A DNA stretch of 64,000 nucleotides from an uncultured Chloroflexia bacterium (GCA_963706095.1 OY970149.1:146183-210182), one strand, 5' to 3'. Numbered from the stretch's first letter, positions 17,015 to 26,569 are shown. The notes: generated from the sequence alone by a model not told the origin. Made by a program: numbers and translations.

Positions 17015-18242
17015 AGCCAACGCGCGTCCATCCGTCGTCGCCTCGCTGTCCGCCACGGCCGTCGATCCTGGCCGGTTGCGTGTCCAACGCTCCCGCCAGC
17101 GGCCAGGCCATCGCCGTCACATCGACCGACACGACGTGCGAGGTGGCGCGCAACACGAGCCACGAGCGGCACGGTCGCCTTCGACGTCGCCAACCGCGGC
17201 AACCAGGTCACCGAGTTCTACCTGATGGCCGAGGACGGCCTGCGCATCATCGGCGAGGTCGAGAACATCGCCCCCGGCGCTTCGCGCACGCTGACCACGA
17301 CGGTCCAGCCGGGCGCGTACACGACCCTGTGCAAGCCAGGCATGATCGGCAGCGGCGTCGGTCGCTCGGCCGTTCACGGTGACCGGCGACCGCGTCACCA
17401 TCGCCGGTCCCGACGCCGCGCAGAAGCAGCAGGCCATCGACGCTCTACGCCGCTTTCGTCAAGGAGCAGGTCGCGCAGCTCGTGCCCGGCCACGGAAGGC
17501 TTCGTCGAGCTTTACGTCGAACGGCGACGACGAGGCGGCCAAGGCCCAGTTCCCGATCGTGCGCACACACTACGAGCGCATCGAGCCCGTGGCGGAGGCG
17601 CTCGGCGATCTGGACCCGCGCATCGACTACCGCGAGGTCGACGCCAAGGCCGAGGGCCTCGACTGGACCGGCTTCCATCGCATCGAGAAGGACCTCTGGG
17701 AGCCTGCGCAAGGCGCTCTCAACTCGGACGGTGAGACCGACGCGTGGGAGGACTGGGAGCCCTCGACGCCCGAGCAGCGCGCGGAGCTCGGCGAGCAGCT
17801 GGTGGCGGACGTGACCGAGCTGTACGACTTCGTCCACTCGGACGACTTCACGACCTATCTCAACGACCAGGGCGTCGACTGGCTCAGCAACGGCGCAATC
17901 GCGCTGCTCGACGAGGTCGCCGCGGGCAAGATCACCGGCGAGGAGGACTGGTGGTCGGGCACGGACCTGTGGGACTTCGCGGCCAACGTCGAGGGCTCCA
18001 AGATGGCCTTCACGCTGGTGCGCGACTTCGCCGCCTCCAAGGGCGAGCCGGGGCACAGCTCGTCGACCGAGATCGACGCGGGCTACACGGCGCTCGAGAC
18101 GGAGCTGGCCAAGTTCGGCAACCTCGAGGACGGCTTCGTGAACTACTGCGAGCTGACCGACGAGGACAAGCGCGACCCTGACCAACCTGATCAATGCCCT
18201 GGCGGAGCCGCTCTCGCAGCTGACGAGCACGTTCTGGCCTGA
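17011..18242 (+). pseudogene. efeO: Iron uptake component EfeO (cupredoxin-like plus imelysin/M75-like domains), multiply frameshifted
   Basis: RBS GAGGAG then ATG at 17011, with lipobox ILAGC. The blocks VTEFYLMAEDGLRIIGEVENIAPG...CKPGM, YAAFVKEQVAQLVP, ATEGFVELYV and FPIVRTHYERIEPVAE occur in successive frames (1->2->0->1->2->0->1). Confidence 0.8.
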
Positions 18243-19539
18243 TCGAGGCCGAGCCGACGCCCACCCGGCGCAGACGGGGCTGATCCCGGCGGGAGCTGCT
18301 GGGCTACGGCGCGGCAGGCACCGCCGGCTTCGTGCTGGGCGGATCGGCGGCACGCTCGCGGCGCCGGTGATCGCTCCGCGTCCTGGCGCCGACCGCCAAC
18401 GCGAACGCCCGAACCTACCCGTTCTTCGGAGCTCACCAGCCGGGCATCACGACGCCGATGCAGGACCACCTGCACTTCGCGGCGTTCGACATGGCCGACG
18501 GCGCCGACCGCGCCGACCTGGTCGCGCTCCTGCAGGATTGGTCGTATGCGGCATCACGCATGACGCAGGGTCTGCGAAGTCAGCGCCTCCGGCGCGGTCG
18601 GCGGCAATCCGGAGGTGCCGCCGGACGACACCGGCGAGGCGCTCGACCTGCCCGCCAGCGGGCTGACCGTGACCATCGGCTTCGGACCGTCGCTGTTCGA
18701 GCGCGACGGGGCCGATCGCTTCGGTATCGCTAGCCAGCGGCCGCGCCGAGCTGGAGCGCCTGCCACCATTCGTGGGCGACACGCTCAAGGCCGAGTGGAG
18801 CCACGGCGACCTGTGCGTCCAGGCGTGTGCCGACGATCCGCAGGTCGCGGTCCACGCCGTGCGCAACCTGTCGCGCATCGCGTTCGGCCGGGCCAGCCAT
18901 CCGCTGGTCGCAGATGGGCTTCGGCCGGACCTCGAAGACGACCATCAACCAGCAGACGCCGCGCAACCTGATGGGCTTCAAGGACGGTACCAACAACATC
19001 CTCGCCGAGGACGGCCAGGCAGTCGACGACCATGTCTGGCGTGCCGTCGAACGACCAGCCGGCGTGGCTCGCGGGCGGCACGTACCTCGTGTCGCGCAAG
19101 ATCGAGATGCTCATCGAGTCGTGGGATCGCGTCCGGCTGGCCGAGCAGGAGACGATCATCGGCCGCAACAAAGGCCCGGGCGCGCCGCTCAGCGGCGGCG
19201 ACGAGTTCACCGATCCGGACTTCAACGCGAGCAACGGTGGCGCGCCGACGATCGATCCGGCCGCTCACATCCGGCTCGCGCACCACTCCAACAACGACGG
19301 CATCGCGCATCCTGCGCCGTGGCTACAACTACGTCGACGGCAACAACCCCTACGGCCGCCTGGACGCCGGCCTCTTCTTCCTGTCGTTCCAGCGCTCGCC
19401 GCAGCAGTTCATCGACCTGCAGCGCACGCTGGCCACGGACACGCTCAACGAGTACATCCGGCACGTCGGCTCGGCCATCTTTGCCGTGCCGCCCGGCGCG
19501 CGCGCGGGCGGCTACATCGGCGAAACGCTCTTGGGCTGA
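18243..19539 (+). pseudogene. efeB: Dye-decolorizing (DyP-type) peroxidase EfeB with Tat signal, multiply frameshifted
   Basis: SRRELLGYGAAG (Tat), YPFFGAHQPGITTP, LMGFKDGTNN, TYLVSRKIEMLIESWD and RRGYNYVDG...GLFFLSFQRS lie in frames 2->0->1->2->0->1. In-frame TGA codons occur at 18281 and 18368. The 5' boundary is approximate. Confidence 0.8.
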
Positions 19540-19548
19540 CGCGATCCT

Positions 19549-20397
19549 CTAGTCGGTCAGCGCGAGAACGTGAATCGGGCGCTCGAAGCCCTTGACGTCG
19601 TGCTGGCCACGCTCTTCGAACTGAAGGCCGCTGCCTTCGACGAGGTTGCGTGTCAGGTCTGAGGCCAGAACCTCTGACGGCCCTGCGAGCGACATGATTC
19701 GTGCCGCGGCATGGACCGTCAGGCCGCGCACGTCGTTGTCGACCTGTTCGACCTCGCCCGTGTGAACTCCGACTCGCACCGACAGCCCCAGCGCGGCCAC
19801 GCCATCCCGGATCGCCGTGGCACACCGCAGGGCGCTAACCGCGCTTGCGAACGTGGCGATGAAGCCGTCGCCGGTTGTGTTCACCTCCTGTCCGGCAAAG
19901 CGTTCGAATCGAGTCCGAACCAGCCGGTCGTGCTCGGCAAGCAGCTGGCGCCAGCGGGCGTCGCCCAGGCGCGCGGCCGTGGCGGTCGAATCGGCGATAT
20001 CGGACATGAGGATCGTGGTCACGACCCGCTGGTGGTCGACCCGCCGCCCGACGTCCGCCGCATTTCCGTAGAGGTCCACCAGCACCACGGGCTCATCGCC
20101 AACAACGGCCGCATCGTGGCCGGGTGGCACGACAACCACGGTGTTCGCGCCGAACTCTCCGACTTCGCCATCGCTCATCTCGAAACGGATGCGCCCGGAC
20201 ACGATGAGGTTCATGTGGTGGACGTGGCACGACACCTCGCCAGTCACGGAGCCGATGCTCGTCGACCACCGCCAGCCCGGCTGGAGGATCGCCCGTCCTA
20301 CCGAGATCGCGCCGACGTTGACCAGCTGCGACTCCATGTTCGCGAACTGGCGCACCTCGTCGGGCTCGGCAAAGGACTTACTCCTGATCGAAGCCAT
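19549..20397 (-). CDS. Cupin domain - class III adenylate/guanylate cyclase fusion
   Basis: N-terminal cupin-like barrel (GEVSCHVHHMNLIVSGRIRF...VVVPPGHDA), then a cyclase homology domain (ILMSDIADSTA...NTTGDGFIATF...GVHTGEVE...GLTVHAAARI). Confidence 0.85.
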   Translation of the reverse strand: MASIRSKSFAEPDEVRQFANMESQLVNVGAISVGRAILQPGWRWSTSIGSVTGEVSCHVHHMNLIVSGRIRFEMSDGEVGEFGANTVVVVPPGHDAAVVGDEPVVLVDLYGNAADVGRRVDHQRVVTTILMSDIADSTATAARLGDARWRQLLAEHDRLVRTRFERFAGQEVNTTGDGFIATFASAVSALRCATAIRDGVAALGLSVRVGVHTGEVEQVDNDVRGLTVHAAARIMSLAGPSEVLASDLTRNLVEGSGLQFEERGQHDVKGFERPIHVLALTD

Positions 20398-20449
20398 GAT
20401 CCCGAGGATACGTCGGCGGCCACGGACTGAGCCCCAGTAATCTGGTCGG

Positions 20450-21433
20450 ATGAGGGCTGCGTGGCGCGAGCGCTGGGGTGGGCCGGAGGTCGTAGAGGTC
20501 CGCGACGTCGAGACACCGACCCCCGCGCGCGATCAGGTGCTGGTCCGCATCCACGCAGCGTCGGTCAACCGGGCGGACCTGGATACGCTCAAGCCGGAGC
20601 CGCTCATCCTGCGTCCCTTCCTGGGTCCGCGTCGGCCGCGTCAGAAACGGGTTGGGGTAGACGCTGCGGGCGTGGTCGAGTCGGTGGGGGTGGCCGTGTC
20701 GAAGCTCAAGGTCGGAGATCGGGTCTTCGCGGACCTCTATTCGTTTGGAGCCGGCTCATTTGCAGAGCTCGTGAGCGCGCCCGAAAAGGCGTGGCTGCCG
20801 ATACCGGATGACCTCTCGTTCGAGCACGCGGCCACCCTGCCGCACTCGGCCATCCTGGCGATCCAGGGTTTGCGCCTGGGCAATGGGAGGACCGTGGTCG
20901 AGGGGGATCGCGTCCTTGTGGTCGGCGCGACGGGCAACGTCGGACCGTTCGCGGTCCAGCTGGCCAAGGCGCGTGGCGCGCATGTCACTGCCGTGGGAGC
21001 GACAGACAAGGCCGACTTCATGCGCTCGCTCGGCGCGGACGAGGTCATCGACTACAGGACAACCGACTACACGCGTCCAGCCGAGCCCTACGAGTGGATC
21101 GTCGACGTTCACGCTCATCACGGCCTGGGACGCTGGCGGCGGGCGCTTAAGCCACGCGGCGTCTACGCCGCGATGGGCGGCCCGGGGTGGTGGCTGCTTT
21201 CACTCGGCCTGATGCAGCCGATCTACAAGCTCGCGACCGACAAGACGATGGGCCTGATGCTGTCGTGGAAGCCGTTCAACCAGGCGGACGTTGCCGAGTT
21301 GACGCGGCTCATCAGCGCCGGCGCGCTCACGCCGCGGATCGACCGGCACTTCCCGCTCGAAGAGACCGCCGACGCCCTGAGCTACGTCGATCAGGGCAAG
21401 GCCAGCGGCAAGGTCCTGGTAGTCCCGGGTTAG
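20450..21433 (+). CDS. Zinc-type alcohol dehydrogenase / quinone oxidoreductase (MDR family)
   Basis: 327 aa with the Rossmann block VLVVGATGNVGPFAVQLAK and an MDR-like N-terminal domain. Confidence 0.85.
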   Translation: MRAAWRERWGGPEVVEVRDVETPTPARDQVLVRIHAASVNRADLDTLKPEPLILRPFLGPRRPRQKRVGVDAAGVVESVGVAVSKLKVGDRVFADLYSFGAGSFAELVSAPEKAWLPIPDDLSFEHAATLPHSAILAIQGLRLGNGRTVVEGDRVLVVGATGNVGPFAVQLAKARGAHVTAVGATDKADFMRSLGADEVIDYRTTDYTRPAEPYEWIVDVHAHHGLGRWRRALKPRGVYAAMGGPGWWLLSLGLMQPIYKLATDKTMGLMLSWKPFNQADVAELTRLISAGALTPRIDRHFPLEETADALSYVDQGKASGKVLVVPG

Positions 21434-21442
21434 GCTCTAGCG

Positions 21443-21796
21443 ATGGCCAGCTACAAGGTCAACCGCGGCGCCGTTCGCCACGCAAAGCAACTGATCGATG
21501 CCGGCAAGTTCGTCGTCCAGAGCGATTGGGGCGAGGTCCAGCCTGTCGCTGATGACGAGAATCGGTTCCTGAAGAGCCACTCGTGGGCCGAGTACGGCGA
21601 GTGGCACCTCGGCCTGACCGAGGACGCGAACGACGATACAAAGGCGCGTCACGCGTTCGTTTTCGGCGACTTCAAGCGCATCCATCGGTCCGGAATCATC
21701 GCCTGTCACTACCGCGCCGCCGAGTGGCGCCACAAGGAGGTCGAGCTCGCGGCCCACCGGCTGCTGCAGTACCTGGACAAGAGGATCGCTGAGTGA
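21443..21796 (+). CDS. Hypothetical protein (117 aa), family not recognised
   Basis: Starts 9 nt after the MDR gene. Its stop overlaps the GTG of the downstream FAD oxidase, and its composition looks coding. Confidence 0.6.
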   Translation: MASYKVNRGAVRHAKQLIDAGKFVVQSDWGEVQPVADDENRFLKSHSWAEYGEWHLGLTEDANDDTKARHAFVFGDFKRIHRSGIIACHYRAAEWRHKEVELAAHRLLQYLDKRIAE

Positions 21797-23190
21797 ACGG
21801 CAAGGTTGCGGATTTGCGGCGCGAGATCAGTGGCGAGGTGATCGACGCGTCATCACCGGCCTATGACAGGGCGCGCGCAGTCTGGAACGGCATGATCGAT
21901 CGGCGGCCGCTGGCGATCGTCCGCGCGGCCTCAACGGCCGACGTCGCGCCGGTAGTCCGCTGCGCCAAGGAGAACGAGCTGTTGCTCGCCGTCCGTGGCG
22001 GTGGCCACAACGTCGCCGGCAACGGGACCGTCGACGGTGGCATCGTGCTCGATCTCGGCGGCCTCAAGGACGTTGGCGTGAACACCGCCGAGCGGACCGT
22101 GACGGCGGCACCGGGCGTGACCCTTGGCGACCTGGATCGAGCGACCGAGTCCGCAGGACTCGTCGTGCCCGCGGGCGTCGTGTCAGGTACAGGTTTGTTC
22201 GGCCTCACGCTTGGCGGCGGCTTTGGCTGGCTCACGCGGGCGTACGGGCTGACGATCGACAGCATGCTCAGCGCCGAGCTCATGACCGCTGCAGGCGACC
22301 ACGTTACCGCCAGCGAAACGGAGAACCCGGAGCTCTTCTGGGGGCTGCGCGGCGGAGGCGGCAACTTCGGCGTCGTCACATCCATCACGTACCGAGCGCA
22401 GCGGCTCGGTCCGCAGGTCTTCTCCGGCAACCTGATCTACCGCCGCCCCAGCTGGCCTGCCGCTCTCGAGGCCTACGCGCGCTGGACGGCCGACCTGCCC
22501 ACCGAGCTGACTTCGATCATCAGCTTTCTCGTTCCCGCGCCGGGGTGGGAGCTGGGCGACGACACGATCATGCTCGTCGGCTTCACGTGGGCGGACGCCA
22601 ACCAGGCCGAAGCTGAGCGCCTGGTCGACCAGATGCGCGCGCTGGCCAAGCCGGATGAGGAGGCAGTCGAGCCGGCGCGCTGGGTCGAGTGGCAGTCCGC
22701 GGCAGATGAGCTCTTTCCGCGCGGCAGCCGGGCGTACTGGAAGAACGTGCCCTTCGACGACCTGGGCGAGGCCGAGATCGCGGCCATCCTCGATCACGTA
22801 GATACCCTCGCCGCCGGCTCAGCCGCCGATATCCACCACATGGGCGGTGCCGTCGCGCGTGTTCCGGAGAGCGCGACGGCCTTCCCGGATCGGTCGGCGC
22901 GCTACTGGATCAACGTGTACGGCTTCTGGAACGACCCGGGTCAGGACGCCGAGCGGATCGCCTGGGCACGCTCGTTCCACGCCGCGTTGCGGCCGTCCGC
23001 GAGGGGAGGGGAGTATGTCAACTTCCTTGGCACCGAAGGCCCGCGCGCCGATGCCCGCCAGCTTGCCGTGACCAGCTATGGGCAGGAAAAGTTCGACCGA
23101 TTGGTCGCTCTGAAACGACGCTACGACCCGACCAACCTGTTCCGACTGAACCACAACATTCCCATCGACCAGACGCGCGGTGAGCGGTAA
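21793..23190 (+). CDS. FAD-binding oxidoreductase (FAD_binding_4 plus BBE-like C-terminus)
   Basis: LLAVRGGGHNVAGN, GLTLGGGFGWLTR and the C-terminal GEYVNFLG...RRYDPTNLFRLNHNI are typical of the VAO/BBE family. Confidence 0.85.
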   Translation: MNGKVADLRREISGEVIDASSPAYDRARAVWNGMIDRRPLAIVRAASTADVAPVVRCAKENELLLAVRGGGHNVAGNGTVDGGIVLDLGGLKDVGVNTAERTVTAAPGVTLGDLDRATESAGLVVPAGVVSGTGLFGLTLGGGFGWLTRAYGLTIDSMLSAELMTAAGDHVTASETENPELFWGLRGGGGNFGVVTSITYRAQRLGPQVFSGNLIYRRPSWPAALEAYARWTADLPTELTSIISFLVPAPGWELGDDTIMLVGFTWADANQAEAERLVDQMRALAKPDEEAVEPARWVEWQSAADELFPRGSRAYWKNVPFDDLGEAEIAAILDHVDTLAAGSAADIHHMGGAVARVPESATAFPDRSARYWINVYGFWNDPGQDAERIAWARSFHAALRPSARGGEYVNFLGTEGPRADARQLAVTSYGQEKFDRLVALKRRYDPTNLFRLNHNIPIDQTRGER

Positions 23191-23265
23191 GTGAACTGAT
23201 CTATCGACGGAGCGAGCGAGCAGGCGTATTGTCCGCCGCAACTTCGCCGTGAAAAGGAGACCGCC

Positions 23266-23991
23266 ATGCGCCGATTGGTGGTTCTAGTAGTCCCGGTCCT
23301 GCTGGCTGCCTGCTCCGCCGGGGCCGGCCCGACCACCGGGCCGAGCACTCCCGCTGCCACGTCTGGCACTGGGACGGCCACGTCCACGCCGGCCGCACCG
23401 GCAACGAGTGGCTCGAGCTCGTCACCAACGTCGGCGGCAACGGAGCCCGCCGAATCGACTGATCCAGCTACGGACGCTCCAGCCACTGACGGCGCGGCGA
23501 CGACGGCCGCGAACCTGGGTGATCTCGAATCACTGATCCCGACGGAGATCGCCGGAAACGCGATGACAATCGAACCGGCCTCGGACCCGGCGCGCAGCTT
23601 CGAGATCCTTTGGAACGACGAGCAGGTCGCGCAGGATCTCCTTGATTCGCTCGACGCTGCGTCGAGTGAGATCGACGTCGTCTTCTCCTACCCAACCGGA
23701 GACACCTTCCCGGACAGGGTGTCGGTCGACGCGTACCAGGTTGCCGGCGCGGACGGGACCGCCTTGCGCGACGGCATGGTCGAGAAATACCGTGAGTACT
23801 TCGAGACGCAGGCCAACGTCGACGTCGAGATCACCGAGGAGATGGTGAGCGGCAAGGAGGCGCTGCTCTTGACCGTCCCGAATGCTCCGCCAGGCGAGGG
23901 CAGCTACTACTACTCCGTCGGCGACACCGTCTTCGTCGTGAGCGGGACGCCGATCGAGTGGGTGGAGGACGCCTTCGCGCAGCTGCCCTGA
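23266..23991 (+). CDS. Lipoprotein, function unknown
   Basis: RBS AAAGGAG. Lipobox VLLAAC, a Thr/Ser/Pro/Ala linker, then a globular domain of about 150 aa. Confidence 0.65.
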   Translation: MRRLVVLVVPVLLAACSAGAGPTTGPSTPAATSGTGTATSTPAAPATSGSSSSPTSAATEPAESTDPATDAPATDGAATTAANLGDLESLIPTEIAGNAMTIEPASDPARSFEILWNDEQVAQDLLDSLDAASSEIDVVFSYPTGDTFPDRVSVDAYQVAGADGTALRDGMVEKYREYFETQANVDVEITEEMVSGKEALLLTVPNAPPGEGSYYYSVGDTVFVVSGTPIEWVEDAFAQLP

Positions 23992-24001
23992 AACCGGGAA
24001 C

Positions 24002-24024
24002 GCTGCCCAATTACTCGGGGCAGC
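24002..24024. terminator. Short hairpin between convergent genes (possible bidirectional terminator)
   Basis: GCTGCCC-aattactcg-GGGCAGC forms a 7-bp stem. It overlaps the stop codon of the minus-strand gene and has no U-tract. Confidence 0.3.
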
Positions 24025-25837
24025 TGCCTTCGGGGGCGGGTTGGACAGGAATGTCGACCAGGTTGTTGCCCATTCCCTCTGAGCCGGGCACGAGAACAAT
24101 GGTCATCTGCCCGCCAGTGCTGGTCACCGTCACGGCGTAGTCGAGCGGAAGGGGGCCGATCGGCGTGGACACGACGGCAGACGTGGTAGTTGTCGCGGTC
24201 TGGGAGCCCTCCTCGCCGGGGAACGTGAACTCTACGGGCAGCGACGTCCACGGCACCTCGAAGCCCTGGTTGCTCAAACCACCGGTCCAGAATTGACCGC
24301 TCCACGTGCCGTACGGTCCGTCGCAGGTCAGCAGGTCGACCACGGTGCCCGGCAGCACCCCCTCCGCCGCGGGTCGATCGACCCTGACAATGAACGCGTC
24401 CGTCTCTTCCTCTTCCTTGCACGCGTCCTCGAGGCTGATGCCGGAAACGTTGCCCCCGGCGCCGCTGTTCCCTCCGGTGACCGCTACGTAGAAGGATTGT
24501 CCGAGCTGCGTGACCGGATATGGCAGCGGCTTTCCGTCGGGACAGGTGCATCCGCCCGGTTTCGTGCAGAAGTGCTGGCCGATCGGAAGCTTTTCGTCGA
24601 GCGAGCTGTCGGAGACTCTCATGTGGCCTGTCCCGGTGATGATCACGATGTCTGCCGAGGACGACGCGCTGTACTGCTCGTTGGCATACGGCGAGGCGCC
24701 GAGAGACGCCGAAGCTCCGTTGGCAACCTGTATCGATTTCGGTGTGGCATTGCCCGGGATGATCCCGGGGCCGGACATGTCCCAGTCATCGCCACGGCCG
24801 CGGTCGCGGAACCAGCCTGATGACCACGAGTCGAGGAAGTCGTCGGCTTCGCCTCCGGAAGCGACCCACGCTCCTTCATTCTCGTAGGCAGCCCAGATCG
24901 CCATCCAGCGGGGCCACGGATCGATGCCCGTCGCGGCCAGATCGGCCCAGAAACCGACGCCGTCGTACGACCGCTGAAAGAGAGACAGCTGCGGCTTGTT
25001 GACGTAGTCGTCCCAGAAGCCGCCGTCCAGGGGGTCGCCGGCGAGTACATATGCCACCCACTCAGCACCGCCTTCCTGCCACCAATCGGGACCGTTGGCG
25101 TAGCGGGTGCTGTCGGTGAACTGGGCCGCCTGGAAGCAGTGGAACGTCTCGTGTGCGGCGGTTATGAGCATGTTGATCTGGCTATCGGTCAACAGATTGG
25201 GGAAGAAGCGAATGCGACAGCCCGTGAAGGCACCGTTGACATAGATCCCGCCCGCGTCGGCCAAGGCGAGATCGGGACGTTTCTTGCTCGGGAAGCTCAC
25301 GTCGATGATCCCCGGGATCTGGCCGATCCTCGAGGCGATCTGGGCGCGATAGTTGCCGACGGCGCCCTTGATCGCCTGCTGCGTGCCCGTCAGCGGCTGC
25401 GCCACGAAACCCGCGAAGCCATCCACGGCGGCTAGCGCGCCGTTGTCACCTTCAGGTCCGACCTGGACGACCACATCGTCTGGATCGTCCGCCAGCCACT
25501 CATCGACGACGGCCTGTTGCTCGGGCGTCAGCTCGTCGTACTTCGCCAGGATCGCCCGCATCGCGAGCGTGCCTTCAACACGGTCATTTGAGTCCGGGAC
25601 GTCTTCGACGCCGGGGAGGGGACCGTAGGTCATCGAGAAGAGTCGCAGAGCGGACTCGAGCGATCGCTCACCATCGACTGAGACGTCGCGCAGCTCTACT
25701 TCAAAGGGAGTGTCCGCCTCGGCAGCGGGTGCCTGTGTTGGCTGCGGCGAGCCGGCCGGTGGCGTGACGGTAACGCAGCCAGCCAGCAGCGCGAGGACGA
25801 GCACTGGAACGAGTCGGAGGCCCCCTCTTGCCTGCAC
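24011..25837 (-). CDS. Lipoprotein with gluzincin-like HExxH...E motif (putative metallopeptidase)
   Basis: Lipobox LLAGC. AAHETFHCFQ is followed 22 aa later by WWQEGGAEWVAY, resembling the MA-clan HExxH plus (W)xxEGxAxY third-ligand helix. The C-terminal half is Cys-containing and beta-rich. Confidence 0.6.
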   Translation of the reverse strand: MQARGGLRLVPVLVLALLAGCVTVTPPAGSPQPTQAPAAEADTPFEVELRDVSVDGERSLESALRLFSMTYGPLPGVEDVPDSNDRVEGTLAMRAILAKYDELTPEQQAVVDEWLADDPDDVVVQVGPEGDNGALAAVDGFAGFVAQPLTGTQQAIKGAVGNYRAQIASRIGQIPGIIDVSFPSKKRPDLALADAGGIYVNGAFTGCRIRFFPNLLTDSQINMLITAAHETFHCFQAAQFTDSTRYANGPDWWQEGGAEWVAYVLAGDPLDGGFWDDYVNKPQLSLFQRSYDGVGFWADLAATGIDPWPRWMAIWAAYENEGAWVASGGEADDFLDSWSSGWFRDRGRGDDWDMSGPGIIPGNATPKSIQVANGASASLGASPYANEQYSASSSADIVIITGTGHMRVSDSSLDEKLPIGQHFCTKPGGCTCPDGKPLPYPVTQLGQSFYVAVTGGNSGAGGNVSGISLEDACKEEEETDAFIVRVDRPAAEGVLPGTVVDLLTCDGPYGTWSGQFWTGGLSNQGFEVPWTSLPVEFTFPGEEGSQTATTTTSAVVSTPIGPLPLDYAVTVTSTGGQMTIVLVPGSEGMGNNLVDIPVQPAPEGSCPE

Positions 25838-25873
25838 AGCCGCGCGAGTCTAGCGCGGCAAGGCGGCCATGCG

Positions 25874-26569
25874 CTACTGGGCGTCGCGCCCGGTACGGCG
25901 CTGGTCGCCCCTCTGGCGCGTGATGGTCAGCCCGACCACGCGCGAGATGACCAGGGCGACGTAGATGACGCCCGCGAACTGCTCGATCATGACCCACGAT
26001 CGGGCGTGGGGCAGAACCGGCACGATGTCCGAAAGGCCTACGGCGGTCAGGTTCGTGAACGACAGGAAAAGAAGCTCGAACCAGGTGTGCGGGCCGGCGT
26101 AGCCCGTCCCGTCGACGAAGGATCCGGGCCACAGAACCTGGACGGCCATGAAGACATAGGCGAACGCCCAGGCCACGACCGTAAACGTTGCTCCCGTGGC
26201 CCAGAGCTCGTCACGGGTCACGAAGCGGTCCAGGAACAGGTAGCGCAACAGCGCGAAGGTCGTGTAGAAGTAGAAGACCGCGTGCAGCACGGCCGACCAG
26301 AGGATGACCTGCGAATTGAGCGGGTCGACGACCTCGAAGAAAGTCAGCACGACGATGGGCAGGCCGACCAGCACGGAGATCCAGGTGACGGCCGGCGTGG
26401 CCTGCACCGCACGGACGGCCAGGAAGAGGACGACCAGGCCGAACGACGAGAGCGCCGCACGGCCGATCGGCGATTCGTCCATGAACGGATACAGCAGGAC
26501 GCCGATCAGCTGCACTGCCAACAGCACGGCCGACGGTTGTCGCCAGATCCGCGATAGCTGTCTGGTCAT
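25874..26569 (-). CDS. Membrane protein with K-channel-like pore helix/filter (non-canonical)
   Basis: Multiple TM segments. FLSFTNLTAVGLSDIVP aligns with the K+ channel signature FSFxTLTTVGYGDIxP but carries GLSD in place of GYGD. Confidence 0.6.
   Translation of the reverse strand: MTRQLSRIWRQPSAVLLAVQLIGVLLYPFMDESPIGRAALSSFGLVVLFLAVRAVQATPAVTWISVLVGLPIVVLTFFEVVDPLNSQVILWSAVLHAVFYFYTTFALLRYLFLDRFVTRDELWATGATFTVVAWAFAYVFMAVQVLWPGSFVDGTGYAGPHTWFELLFLSFTNLTAVGLSDIVPVLPHARSWVMIEQFAGVIYVALVISRVVGLTITRQRGDQRRTGRDAQ

Noticed and set aside
16043-19539. Programmed ribosomal frameshifting or recoding as the explanation for the efeUOB frame changes
   Set aside because: About 16 switches plus in-frame stops spread over three genes, with no recurring slippery motif that I could see, cannot be programmed events. 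Pseudogenisation or local sequence error is far more likely.
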